Part shown: one piece after another, positions 12,016 through 25,165 of the stretch
Layout of the letters: every line of letters starts with the position of its first letter
Numbering within the stretch: position 1 is the first letter of the stretch
Assembly: GCF_018977255.1 (NCBI RefSeq)
Contig: NW_024704743.1
Coordinates: 67,830,001-67,894,000, forward strand
Source of the DNA: Callorhinchus milii
Lineage: Eukaryota
Direction: 5' to 3'
DNA: 64,000 nt
Notes under the pieces: model-generated
What the model was told of the DNA's origin: nothing
Database searches by the model: none
Seen by the model: the letters and a program-made list of their open reading frames with translations, nothing else
Program-made: the position numbers and the translations under genes

Positions 12016-12390
12016 AATAATAATCCTTGCATTTGATATAGCGCCTTATTAAGTCTTCGAGACATCTCAAAGTGCTTCACACAATATACTGCAAAGTGAA
12101 TTAACTGTATATTCTGTGGGTGAAACACAGGCGTACAGCAGTGTCCCACAAACAGTCGTGGGTTAAATGATCAATTTTTTTTTGTAACTTATTTATTATT
12201 TTTTGAAGGGATTATTACCCCTGGATAAGTGATCCACCAATTGACTAACAACAGGTTTCTACTTACTGCAAGGTGAACAGAGGCATGTGGAGTACGGAAA
12301 CTTGGCTAACATTTCGCCTTGCCTGGGAATCGAACCCAGGTCCTCTCACTTGCGAGGTGAGTGCTCTCACCACTGAGCTACAGGACTCCA
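12016..12390 (-). mobile_element. SINE family B long variant
   Basis: (AAT)n tail through CACTGAGCTACAGGACTCCAC head; contains the GACTAACAACAGGTTTCTACTTACTGC segment. Confidence 0.9.
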
Positions 12391-12844
12391 CAGAGTTATA
12401 TATCAAATATAACTATGACTCATTGTGCTTTGCACATTATTTATGAATAAATTAAAGGAGTTGAATTATTCTCTAGGTCAAATTTTGGTTAATTGTCGAA
12501 TTCTCAATTTGTATGTCATTGTGTTAAGATTATAAAAAAAATATACCTTTTGACAACTATTATACTCTGTGCATCAGACATTCTTCATGAACAAACTAAA
12601 GATTTCTGATGAGCATATTTTTTCTCTCTGCATTGTTGATATTTAAACGGTGAGTATTGGTCAGGAAATCATCTTGGAAAAGTCACTGTTCCTAGGACTG
12701 TGAGATAACTGAATTAATAATAATACTATATTAAAACTGAATTAGGATCAGTAAATTACATCAGTCTTTTAATTAGTCTTTTCTACTTTACCTCTTAGAC
12801 CTGCTTCCCACACTCTTAGATTCAGCAAATACAATTTTTTTTTA

Positions 12845-13530
12845 GGTCAGATGTGTGTCTGACCATCACCATGCTGAAAAGTATCTAAACCAAGCTGAGA
12901 ATTACATACATCCCACCTACACATGGAAATTCCAGATAGATTGTTGGAATGCGCACGCTATCCCTGGAGAGATGCATTCTGCTTACCCAATTCTGGAAAA
13001 TATTAGGTGCAGATTGGCAAGAGTCAAGGCTTGGAGACCCCAGAGTTTGAATTGGGGTACTGCTGGAGTCTAACCAGTTAAAATGTCATTTCACAAACCA
13101 GACTTTCAGCCCATAGAGCTATCCAAGCTTCCCCAGCTCTGCCTAAGCAGTATAACAGGTTCACTCCACAACTGATCTTGTCTCCTTATGGGATTCACTG
13201 AAGAACCTCTCAACCTTGCTATGTGGGTTTCTGGACACATCATCGTCTGAACAGATGCCATTGGTAAACAACGATGCAGTTAAACAGGAGTACTGCCTAC
13301 CCACCTGGTTCAGGAACCAGACTATCAGGACCGCCACTAAGGGCTGGCTCAATTCCGACATTTTGACATCTTGCACATGCCATGTCACATGCCAGTTCAG
13401 CTCCAAGGAAAGCCTGCTTACCTCCCCAAAGCAGGTCAGTTACTAGTTGGTTGTTTGATATCTGACAAGTGCAGGTTTGAGCATTCACTAGGTGGATGGT
13501 CGATACTAGAAACTCCCTGCAAGCTTCCCA
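12845..13530. repeat. Unclassified dispersed repeat, longest local copy
   Basis: 12845-13050 matches 30920-31080 (+), 48660-48850 (-), 63580-63790 (-) and 10610-10690 (+). 13290-13520 matches 37430-37670 (-). Confidence 0.7.
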
Positions 13531-15644
13531 GTGGGCAACACAGTTCAGCATCAAATGCGTGAGAACATTGTCATCTTCCTGTCTGCAGCTCAGGCATACA
13601 TCCCTTCCCATTGAGCAATAGTTGGAGGTGCGAAGTTTAACAACCACAAAATACACTTGTATAGCGCCCTTCATGCGGGAAAGACGTCCCAGCAGCAGCT
13701 GCTACCTGCAGGTCAATCATGGTGGATTCCAGGCACTGGATGTACTAATATGAGTTCATGAACCGGACTCCAGTAATGTCTTCCAGCAACTGTCACCCCA
13801 AGCCTCAGAGTTCCCTCATCAGGTATCTGGCGGACTTCTGCCGTCAGGATCTGGGTGAAGATATTCTTTAGGGAATCTACACCCTTGCTTGTGGGCTGTC
13901 CAAATACACCAAAGAAGGGAGTTCTTTCCAGTGCTGGCCAATAAGCCCCAGAGAAAAATGTTCATTTACGTCATGGCTGTTTGTAGAACTTTGCGGTGCT
14001 CAAATTGTCTGCAGTATGTGCCTTCAAAATACACAGTCATTACACTCTACTGTAAGTATTTGATAAGAGAAGAGTTTCTTTCAGAGTTCTGGCCAACAAT
14101 CCCCCAAATAAAATTGGTCATTCACTTCATGGGATATTGCTTTGCACAAATTGGCTGCTGTATTCACCCACAAAACACACAGTTTACAACATATCCTGAG
14201 AAGGGCTTTGAGATGTCTTGCCAGTATGAAATCAAATAAGAATTATTACTTGTAAGGATTATTGAAATATTACTTATAATTATTTAACAAGTTCACCCCA
14301 CTGTTTCAAGGATTGAGTTTAAATAAGCATGGACAAAACAAACCTGAACAGATCATAAGTGATCATACCTAAAACATAATGGTATTTGATATTATTCTTC
14401 AAATCTAACATTCAATAATAACATATACAAAGCTCACATTCATTTTATTCAAATTTCATGATGCTGAATTAAAAAAAACACAGGAAAAGTTGTGGATTTT
14501 ATCCGTATTAGTTTGTGTTGTTAAAGCTATGGGAATAAAATCTTCATTCATCTCAGCCTCTCTCTTCAAAGTAATATATTTAGTCAGTACCATTATCTCT
14601 ATCTTTACTTTGGTTAGCAGCCAACACATTTCCATTCCTCTCAAACAGATTTAATCATCCTGCATCCACATACAAACCTTAGAAGACCCAGACATTCATT
14701 CAGTCTCTCAATTTCTTGAGATAATTTAGTTGCAAACTTTCTAGCATTCAAAAACGTGTATCATCAACCACCTTTGCCTTAAAAAATAACTCAATGACAC
14801 AGCAGATGAGGCCAGAGCATGCTGATGCTTCAGGGCATCCATATATCTCCCTCTATGTAATGTCAAGTTCCATTGATTGTGGCGAGATTTTAACCTTTAC
14901 AGTGAATATAATTACAGAAGAGTGGGCCACCCCGTGATCAAGAATATGCAAGTCTTTCTTGTTCTCTGACAGGTTGTGTTGTATTGCCTGCAGTGGCCTA
15001 TTTAAACCCCTGCTATGCATTGCCTTCATCATCGGAGATAGGTTGCATTTCCTGGCTTTTGCTATTTTCTGCTCTACCAGCTTTAACCCACACATTGCAT
15101 ATCTCACAGAATTTCCAACTCCTTCTTTTAAGAAAACCTGGTCTGCAGATAATGACCAGTCATTGTCTTCCCTTGTCCTCCACCCATTCCTCCTTCCCAT
15201 GCTACAGTATAAACTTAGGCATGGACAGTTTGCACAGAATTGCATTTTGTGTGCTGCATTGTTCTATGAAACTCTATGTGATGGTTGCTTCCTATTGAGC
15301 TTTAACTCCTTATTTGTGGAAACAGCCTCCTCTGGCTACCACAATTTGACTTCCACCAACCAAAATGTATAAATTTATTAGACAGCTAAATATTGAATGT
15401 ATACTCTTTATTAGTCCATTGGAAGCAAAATATGTATCACCCTACAGGACTGTCAGGAGTTGGACATGTATTCCCTTCATTAGACAGTTAGACACTGAAG
15501 CCCCAGAGGCCAGGCATGTAATAAAGCACATTGAATCTCAAGGATTCAAACACATTGCATGCCACTTATACATCAATAATCACACTCATCTCTCCCACTA
15601 AACTGTTAAGGAAATGGGCACACACCCAACAAAAGAACAGCAGC

Positions 15645-16030
15645 GACTTAGAGCAACTGGGCCTATTTTCATTAGAACAAAGAAGATCGAGGGGAAACTT
15701 TATAGAGGTCTTGAAAATGATCTAGTGTTTATATATGGAGGAAATTATTGCCACTGATCAGGGATTATAAGGCATCATTTTAAAATAGTGAAAAGGTGGC
15801 AGAGGGGGGTAATTAGGAATATTTAGTTTTACACAAAGTTGTTAGGATTTTGAATGCCCTGCCCAGTATGGTGGTCGAAGCAGGATAGAACAAGATGTAC
15901 ATTTGAAAAGCAGTAATTTGTAGGGACATGATGAAAAGGCAAGCAAACAGGATTAAAATGATTGCTCTTTCAAAAAGCCAACACAAACACAATAGGCTGA
16001 ATGGCCTTTTTCTGTGCTGTATATTTCTAT
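15645..16030 (+). mobile_element. CR1 LINE 3' end, degraded
   Basis: LEQLGLFSLEQRRSRGNFIEVLKM; 3' UTR GGCTGAATGGCCTTTTTCTGTGCTGTATATTTCTATG. Confidence 0.85.
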
Positions 16031-17194
16031 GGTCCTCTCACACATCTGCTTGCTCCTCAACTAGAACAGCAGCAACCCAGATCGATATCCACAATTACTT
16101 ACTTCCAAACAGGCATCCTAGTCTGAAATTCATACCAGTGGTAAATAGACATTTACCCAGAGAAAACAGAAAATGCACAACTTGTGAAACTACCAATGTC
16201 CTGAAAGAGAACGAAAACGTACCGTACCTTTCTTTTCAATAATTTCTAACATTTAACACTTGCTAAACTGTGTTGCATTAGAATTCCATTACCAGTTTGA
16301 TAACTCACTTGTGCACACTAGTACATTCCCAGGCAATGTAACCTGAACTCAATTAACCTATTTTATTTCAATTAACCTCCTTAATATGTGGTAAAGTACT
16401 CCTCTGGATCATCAGTCATCCATGTCATATAACTTACCAATTTCTTCATATTTGGCTTTTTTTCTGATTTCAAGTTAGGAAAGAGAACTTTCAACAGATT
16501 CCTATGATTTACCTAGTGCCATTATTACCTATATACTTGCAAATAAGATGCACCCTGAAATCTTTCCATTCGAGCCACTTTGAATATCCAAGTTTGCCAA
16601 CAATTAAAACTCTTGACACATACTTTGTGCGTGCACATCACTACTTTGGTTGGTGGAGGGAAAATTAGATGGATCAATCGACTGCACCTACCTGACGATT
16701 AGCACATTCCTACAGGATGTTTATTTGGGTGTCTCAGGGTTGCATGGTTATTTTTGCTTCATATTCTTTACTGTGTCAAATTTTTCTAAATCTCCAGCCT
16801 TGCTTGGAGCAAATAAAAATCATTCAAATCCATACACAAGGGATGGAAATAATCTTGCAAAAATATTGAGCCACCAGTCTGTTGGGATGCATGACTTCAT
16901 ATACTTTAAGGGGAATGCGTAATTTGTTTCAATCACCATAGATAGCAGTTGTGGATCAACTAGGTCACAGAGGCATTGCCATGAGGGAATGCTTAATGCT
17001 CTCAAATTAGTTGATACAAACAGGCATCCACACAGTCATAGCAATGAATTGCATTATTACCACAAGTCATCTTACTTATACTTTGGTAGATCAGGCCTTT
17101 CAAGTTCCTTTACAATATAACAAAGAGAATACAGTCTATCTGACACTGATTGATTTTTGCTATGTTTTGATAATGAGGTTTTCCATTATTGACC

Positions 17195-17520
17195 TCACAG
17201 TTGAGGCTGACACTCCAGTGCAGTGCATTTTTGGAGGTGCAATTTTTGGATGAGACATTAAACCAAGGTCATGTCTACCTATTCAGGTAGATGTTAAGGA
17301 TGCCATGGCATGATTCAAAAAGAAAAAACAGTTTCTAGTGTCTTGGCCAATAATCCCCCAAATAAAATTGGTTTGTGGTACATGGCAGCCAATTCACATA
17401 CACAGGTTTCATGGCAGCCAATTCACACACACAGTCCCTGCACTATACGGTAAAATCCTGCAAAGTGCTTAGAGATGAATCGGTGATGTGATAAGGTGAT
17501 GTATCAAATTGATTATTATT
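17195..17520 (+). mobile_element. SINE family A body/tail with an internal 29-bp tandem duplication
   Basis: AGGCTGACACTCCAGTGCAG...GATGAGACATTAAACCAAGG; CATGGCAGCCAATTCACA occurs twice (17381, 17410). Confidence 0.8.
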
Positions 17521-19404
17521 ATCAAGATTAATCAAAAAGTTTCAGTTTACAATAATCAGCATAAAATGCAACAACCACAACTTGCACGGATATAAAGCCC
17601 TTTATGTAGGATAACATCACAGAGAGCTTCACAGATGCTTGAATCCTAGATTGTTGACATAAGATTTTTAATTCCTTTTTCATGGTAAAAAAAATCTTTG
17701 ATACATTTCACACAAGATTATGTGTTGATGAAGATAAATCATGTTCCACTTGTGTATTGAGACAAAGTACTACAATTATTATTCTGATGTTACCGCCATT
17801 ATCACTTTGCAAAGAATTTGTCCCTCAAGTATAGTCGTCAACTTTCAAGTAACCTCAAAGGAGCTAAACTACTCCTTTATAAATTAATACATCCACGAAA
17901 CAGTAAATTGCATTAGGCTATCCTGGGATCAAGTGATAGGAGTTAAAGCTGATAGTATTCTCCACAGCACAATCTCATATCTATTTGTGCATTTTAAATT
18001 CTTCACAGAGATACTTCTCCGGTTGTTTGCACATCTCTTGCTCTTTCATGCACTTTCACACATTTGCAATTGATACCATGTTTATACCCTGCCCCCATTA
18101 CACTGAAACAGCAGCACAAATTGAATCCGATAGATCTTCTATGTAATAATGTGAAAGCTTTGAAGCTTTCTGATTTGGGGGAGCTTTTAAAACACTGCCA
18201 ATATAGTCTCTCGGAACATCAATACGACATGAGAGAATAAAAAAGACAACTCCTTTTTTTTGGCTTATTTATCATTTATTTTGAGCAAATTTCAAATTAC
18301 TAAACACAATCCTTTGATATAAACATGCTATCTAAATAGGTTTCCCCAGTTACTATAACCAGGTTTAAAAATTACACAAATGGCCACAAGAATACTGGTG
18401 ATGAAAGGCTCTTTTCACTAACAATCAGTGTTTTTTTTGAAATCAGTATTTGTGTGTTGCAGAGTTTGCTGAACATTAGCACAGTGATATTCTTTGCTCA
18501 AAAAAATTGCAAATCTGCAATTGTGTTGAAATGGAATATTAATGACATAGAAATCACAGCTCTGCCAGTGCTTCAAACACTGGCAAAACATAATTGCTTT
18601 TCTGAATCCACAAATCTGTAGTTGCTGCTTCTGAGTTCATGAAGAACACAAGGAAGTCCAGCTTTCTTTTTATTGAAAAGCTCAAGGTAATTTATTTATT
18701 TAATATCCTTCTCCTCAGCAATCTGACTTAACTCACAAATTATCATGGTACAAATATAATGCAAATACTATGGTGCAGTGCTTAGCTGGGTAAACATTAT
18801 GGCGACATTTGCTGTGCTTCAAAACATGTTCCTTATAATAAATGTCACAAGAAATGTATTATGAATTGTGGCCAATTTCACCTCAATATTTTGTCCTGAT
18901 TTTAAAACATTATTAGCTTTGCAGCAGAATGTTCCAGTTGACATTATGCTTGGATTCTCCTGTTTTACTTTGTGTGATCTATTTGGAGATTTAAGTGTTC
19001 GACTACTACCGTAACTAAAACTTGCATTTATATACCGCCCTTGATGCAGGTAGAATCTTGGAGAGAAGGTTTAACTCTATGATTTTCTAAGTGACTCATG
19101 TGGTTATACAGTAATTATTTGTGGGGCACATCCCACTTTCATACGCTCATATCTGTCAATATTGGCAAGTGTGTACCCAGAGGATATGAAAGCTAAAGGA
19201 ATCAGATTGAAAAGACTAACTCACTATTAAACTGTACTACTGCAATGTGTGGAAGATTCAATGAAAGTTCTAAAATTGTGAGTCAGAAATTAATAATATT
19301 TTTGAAGTTTTTTTGTTTCTTTATTCAAAGTTCTTATTTGTTCAACCGTTCACACATGTAATCCCACCTTCATTGGAATCTGCTAATATTCAGCAATAAT
19401 AATA

Positions 19405-19815
19405 ACTTAGCTCAGTTGGAAGCACTCTTGCCCCCGATTGAGAAGGTAAGTGGCACATTCAAGCTTACGTCAGAGGCTTTGAATTCACAGTGTAGCATTG
19501 GGGGAGCTCAACATTGTTGGAGGTGTCATCTTTTGGACGAGACATTGAATTGAAATCCTGTCTATCTGGTGAGCATCAACAAATTCTATAAACTATACAA
19601 AAAGAGAAGTGATTTTTTTTCTGGTGTCCTGCCCTGGAGATAAATAGATTATTAATCTTTTGGCTGTTTGTGGAGCATTGCTGTGCACAAACTGGCTGCC
19701 TTGTTCATTTACAAATACCACAGTCACTATACTTTATATTAATGACTATCAAGAGTTTTGAGATGTTTTGACATTTTAGGCACTAAATCAAATGCAAAAA
19801 TTATAATTATTATTA
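19405..19815 (+). mobile_element. SINE family A, degraded
   Basis: TAGCTCAGTTGGAAGCACTCTTGCC head; GGCTGTTTGTGGAGCATTGCTGTGCACAAACTGGCTGCC; ATCAAATGCAAAAATTAT tail. Confidence 0.75.
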
Positions 19816-22800
19816 TTTAAATAGTGTCCTTCATTAAAACAAACATCTCAAACCTGCTGCTGTAGTTATCTTGCAGATACTGGTTAGACACTACCACAGC
19901 CAGATCTGAATGTACTGCTTAATTTGAGGGCAAGCACCCTCTGTAGATACTCAATTACACACATGCACAAAACTGCTCACTGCTCTTGGATCACATAAAG
20001 AACCAAAAGTCAAGCCAATAGGAATGATTTTCCACACAATATAATTCACCTGAATATTTGCAACAAAGTACTTTTTCAAGACATGTCTTTATTAAGATCT
20101 ACTAGAAACATTAAGCTGTCTTTCTGGATTGCCAGATGTCATTATTAAGGGTGGGTGGACGTTGAGAATTCAAGGCTGATTTACTGTAACTCATCCAGGA
20201 ACAAGCCATTTCCACATGTTCAATTGATAACAGTGATTGTCACTTAATTCACGTAACATGACAGATGCCTGAATGAAACAAGACCTGTATAAGTCACCCA
20301 GACATCTTAAGTAAACCTGAGGCAAAGCAGGTTAATGATGGTGTAACCTCTGCATGGACAGCTCCAATTCTGGAAGTACTGTATTGAAACTCTTCACTGA
20401 ACAGGTTAGGCAATGCATATGTACTGAGTATGAAGGGTGACTGGTTTCAAGTACTTATCCGGAGAGAAAAAGTGGATAGTTAATGATCCCCTCTGCCTCA
20501 CAAAAGTCTAGTTAAGTAACATGAATACTGAGGGAGATTTGTTTTTTAGAATTCACGTCTTCAATTGGATTATATTACAAAAATAAGCATTGTGCGTATG
20601 TGCCTTGTTAAGCAACAAATTAGATTGTAAAGATTTATTAATAGAGCTCAATAATGTATTTGCAAAGGTTTTTAGTAGGATATAAAGTTTATTTTATCAG
20701 TAGGCAGTAAAGTATATATTGCATCATATTTCCTAAATTCACTGAGTAAATTAATTAACATTCAAATTACCAGTAATGATGCCTGCCCATAAAGTTTTAT
20801 TTTAAAATGTGTTTTTGCCGCAGTCCCTCCTTGACCTTTTTTCAAAGCCTATTTTGTTTTGCAATTCTTATGTAACATTTTCTTCATTACAGCTCCAAAG
20901 ATTCTCTGCACTTTTCATAACAGTCAGTTTAATACTGCAGAAAATATGGTCTCATAAAATTGCACAGGAATTGCTCTCCATCATATTGAATGGTGTGTGG
21001 CTGAAAAACCATTAATCTGTGGTACTATTCTGCTGACCACTGCAAGACTGAGTGCAACCAGCATTCAAACCAAACCATTACAAAGGATAATAAAATTAAC
21101 CTTTTCTTCATTCCAGGGGTAGGGAGCACTGTAGAGGAGCCTTCCTTCGGTGGTGCTAAACCAAGTCCTGTCTGCCTGTTCAGATGGATGGTAAAGATAC
21201 TATGGCACTACTCAAAAAGAGAAGGGAATTTCTTCCAGTGTTCTGGTTAACTACTTCCCATCCCCCATATNAAAAAAACTTGGTCATACACTTCATTCCT
21301 GTGCTAAATTTGTAGGCATATTGACATACACATATAAAGTCACTACACTTTACAGAAACTTTGTCAATTTCTGTGAGACATTCTTAATTTTACAGGTGTT
21401 ATATCGAATGCAACAGTTATTATTTTGTTTGAGAATGGTTTTATTTCAATCATTTAAGCGAGCCGAATTAACAATTTACCGTATCAATTGCAGCACAAAA
21501 GTAGATCTGACAGTGGGAAACTGAGGAATTATAATGGAACAGTACACAGTTAATTCTTAACAGAAAGAGTTCAATAAATGTTAAAACAGAAGTGTTATGC
21601 TCTCCAGTTCAAAGCGATCCTACACAAACAAGTGTGGCCCATTCGAAGTGACAATGTCAATCAGTAATAATTGCTGCTGATTGTAATGTGAACAAGATGA
21701 CCTTAGTTATTCAGAGCCACATATGGAAATATATTCATTTGCGGCACAATTTTCGAAAAAGTGCTTTCATAAGAAAAAGCTTTCATCTTTTTCTTCAAAT
21801 CTACAGATTTCCTTATTTTAATTGATTTTGGTTGTGGTTGATTTTAGGGTTATTTTAGGTTGAGAGTTGTTGAATCAGAAATTAAATTGTAAGTTTTTTT
21901 TTACTTTTATGTTTCCTTATTCAAAGTACCTGGTGGTTCAGATGTTAATATCTATATTCTTCCACTGGCTGCCCAAATGTGCAGGATGTCCCAAATGTGA
22001 TCACATACCACATTTTTATTTGGAAGTGACAGGACTCTGACTTCCAAATCTCAATCATCTGAATTTAAAATCGTAGATGACTCAGAAAATGTTTAAAATC
22101 ATGAAATTCCAGAAACAACAAGAATTTTCATTTATATTTCATGGAAAATAAAAATCTCAAATGTATGAAAAATGAGTTCAAAGGCCTGACGTGGGCTTGA
22201 ACCATCAACCTTCTGACTCACATGCTACTGATTGAGCCAAGCTGACAATTCTTTCAAATGCAGTTTCTTCTTAGTTCTTTCGCGAATGCAATTTGGAATC
22301 TTTCAACCCTATCATAGTCACTATAAACAGAAGACTGTAGAAAAGTAGGAGAAAAGCAATGCTGAGGGGGATAAATGTCTACATTATTTTATGATAATCA
22401 AAACTACATTATTGAGACCGGATAAAATTGTAATCTGAATCGGTGCATCATCTCATCAGTTTTGTTTTGAATATACTGTTATAAGGACTCCAAGGCTACA
22501 ATCTAACACTGTTACATTGATTTGTGTGCTCTTCTACTTGTTTACATAAGTACATTCATTTAAATATATAAAGTTTCATGCTCAGATTGCACTGCACTAA
22601 ATGTTCTATATTCCTGCAGAACTAACACTGGCTGTCCCAATACAAGCAATTTTCTACCCCTATTCTGAGATGTCAACTCCATTCAGTCTGTGATGTTTGC
22701 TGCGTCCAATTTGCTAGTATATGATTTACACCAGCTAGAGTCACTGCTGACCGACATTATTAAATCTGCTGATCAGCCAGGGGTGTGCTGTAGTTAATAG

Positions 22801-23399
22801 CACTGCATGATATATTGTCCCCTCATCCATTTGCTATTAATCTCTGACACAGTCTGAGCCAACTCTTAACTGGTCTTAATACCAGAATCCCATATATAAC
22901 AAAGTACATGTTCATTCAGCTAACCCAGCTCTAGGCTATGAAGCACATCCTGATGTGAGTTTCATTCAACCAACAGAAAGCTCCAGGCCATGAAGCACAA
23001 CATGATGCAAGCTCCAGAGATAGGTGACAGAGCACATCTTGTCAAGTAGCATTTTTTTTTCTTAAGTTTCCCATTGATGTTCCTTTTTCAGGTTAACAGT
23101 AGGTGCATTTCATCATCCATGACCTGGCTTAAGGAGTCTGAGGTACCTGATCAATAATAAGGGTCCCTACTAGTTTTGTTCTCTATTTTGGCTTCACTGC
23201 CATACATCAGTACAGTATTTCCTCCAGCACTGCCAAAAACATTGGGAGGATAATGGAATAAAATCCTGTCTTTTCTAATGGGATTCATTGAGTGAGGGGT
23301 CCTTCCGGTAACCAAAAATACCAGCTCACAGGAACTTCCATCACAGGAACCTACCTCCAACAGAGGTGTGCATAAAAAATTGCCAATCAAAATGATATT

Positions 23400-23915
23400 C
23401 TTATATTAGTTTACATGCATGAGAATTAGAGGCTCTCTCCACAAAAGTTTGTTTAGAATATGTCAAGAGTACTTTTGCATTCATTTCTCTTTTTACTAAA
23501 CTTGAGATTGGACAAGTTAGAGCTTTTCTCTCTCGAGATGAGATGATTGAGAGCAGATCTGATAGAGGTGTTAAAATTCTGAAAACATTCAATAAGGTGG
23601 ATATTAATAGACCGTTTCTACTTGTTGGTGACCCCTAATCAAGGGGACATAAATATAAGGTAGCCACTAGTAGATTTAAAAGGGAAATAATCAGTTTAAG
23701 AAGAAGTGTGTTTACACAAAGGATGGTGAAAATTACAAGACTCACTGCCGAAAACTGGAGTTGAAACAAAAAGTATCTACATATTTAAGAGGAAGCCTGA
23801 TGCATACATGTGGGAGAAGGGAACAGAGGGGTATAAGAGAGGTGGAAGTTGGTATTGAGCATAAACACTGGTATGAACTAGTTGGCCCAAATGGCCAGTT
23901 TCTGTACTGTAACGG
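23400..23915 (+). mobile_element. CR1 LINE 3' fragment, old
   Basis: LELFSL...RLRADLIEVLKILK...GHKYK-like sequence; 3' UTR TTGGCCCAAATGGCCAGTTTCTGTACTGT. Confidence 0.75.
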
Positions 23916-24639
23916 TACTGTAACAGTAAATTCTATCTAATTTTGCAGAAAAAAGACTGTAGCCCCTGATCTTTCACATAGTGTTTCTGATCGGCTCATT
24001 CAGCCGATGCCAAACTACGAGCAAAGTAAGAATTTTCTCCGGTGGCCAAAGAGCAGCAGTAGAAAAAACAAAATAATGAGATTTATTTGGTAAAGGAACA
24101 ATACTGATGGGTTCAAATGCGGTCAGTGTAAAGTAATTCTCCCCCCGTGTAGCTTGGGGCAAAATCATTAAACAATTCTCCTACCTGTCAGGAGAAATCT
24201 AGAGATTTCCTTTCCTCCCTTACTGGCAGCTTGTTTGCTGCAGACCCACACACCACTGTGTCAGCTGCTGGGCTGGTGCAGGTGGTTGGATTCATCTGCA
24301 ACTGTCTCTAATTGTAGTAGCGTGGACTCTTCTCCTTTTTCGACGTGGAAGCTGAAAGTGGAGCCTTAATAATTGGAGAACATTGACTGACATTTAGGAT
24401 TCAGCTGGTGCTGAATTATTGAAATACTGAGGACTCCAGGATTAGCTTCCAAGACTAGAACTGATGCCAATCCAACTACTGCAGTGAGAACTACTCTCTG
24501 ATAGATCTACCGCAACTGACAGTTTATTGGCTGGTTTCCATCTCCTAACACAGAGAAGTTTGAGCATGCTACTATCAAAGGAAGGAAATGAGAGGCCTCT
24601 GCTAAAAGTTAGAGTTATTAGACCTATTTGGTTTGCAAT

Positions 24640-25165
24640 TGTTTTTTCCTCCCACCCACATTAGGTCACCTGTGGCTTACACCAAGACTCCATCCTCAGC
24701 CTCCTCCTTTACCTCATTTACATTCTCCCTCTTGGTGATGTCATCCGCAGACATGGGCTCAACTTCCACATGTATGCAGACAACACCCAAATCTACTTTT
24801 CCTCCTCCAGCTGTGACTCCAGGTCCTTTTGCTTGTCAGATATCAATGCTGGATGAGTGCCAACTTTTTGCAACTGAATGTTGACAAGATGGAAGATATC
24901 CTCCTTGTCTCCCTCCCATCAACCTCTTCCCACCTGTGGTACCACCTTCCTTAACATCGCCGGTCTTTTCTTCAGACTTACTGAACCTGTGCTTATTGTA
25001 GGTATTAGGTTCGATTTCCAGCTGTCCTTCCTACCCAAATCCAGTTCCTGACCAGGACCATTTTCCTCCACCTTTGCCACATTGCCCGACTGCGACCATA
25101 CCTCACACCCAACAAAGCAAAACCCTTATCAGACTTTTGTCACGTTGATTCTTCTAATGCTCTGC
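24640..25165 (+). mobile_element. L2 ORF2 reverse-transcriptase relic
   Basis: CTTGGTGATGTCATCCGCAGACATGGGCTCAACTTCCACATGTATGCAGACAACACCCAAATCTAC translates LGDVIRRHGLNFHMYADNTQIY (YADD region). Later CACATTGCCCGACTGCGACCATACCTC translates HIARLRPYL. Confidence 0.85.

Noticed and set aside
14853..15372. Overlapping 104-137 aa ORFs on both strands
   Set aside because: I see no recognisable domain, no convincing splice pair and no codon pattern. Left unassigned.
21271..21271. Single N base
   Set aside because: This is an assembly ambiguity next to a poly-A run inside a SINE, not a biological feature.
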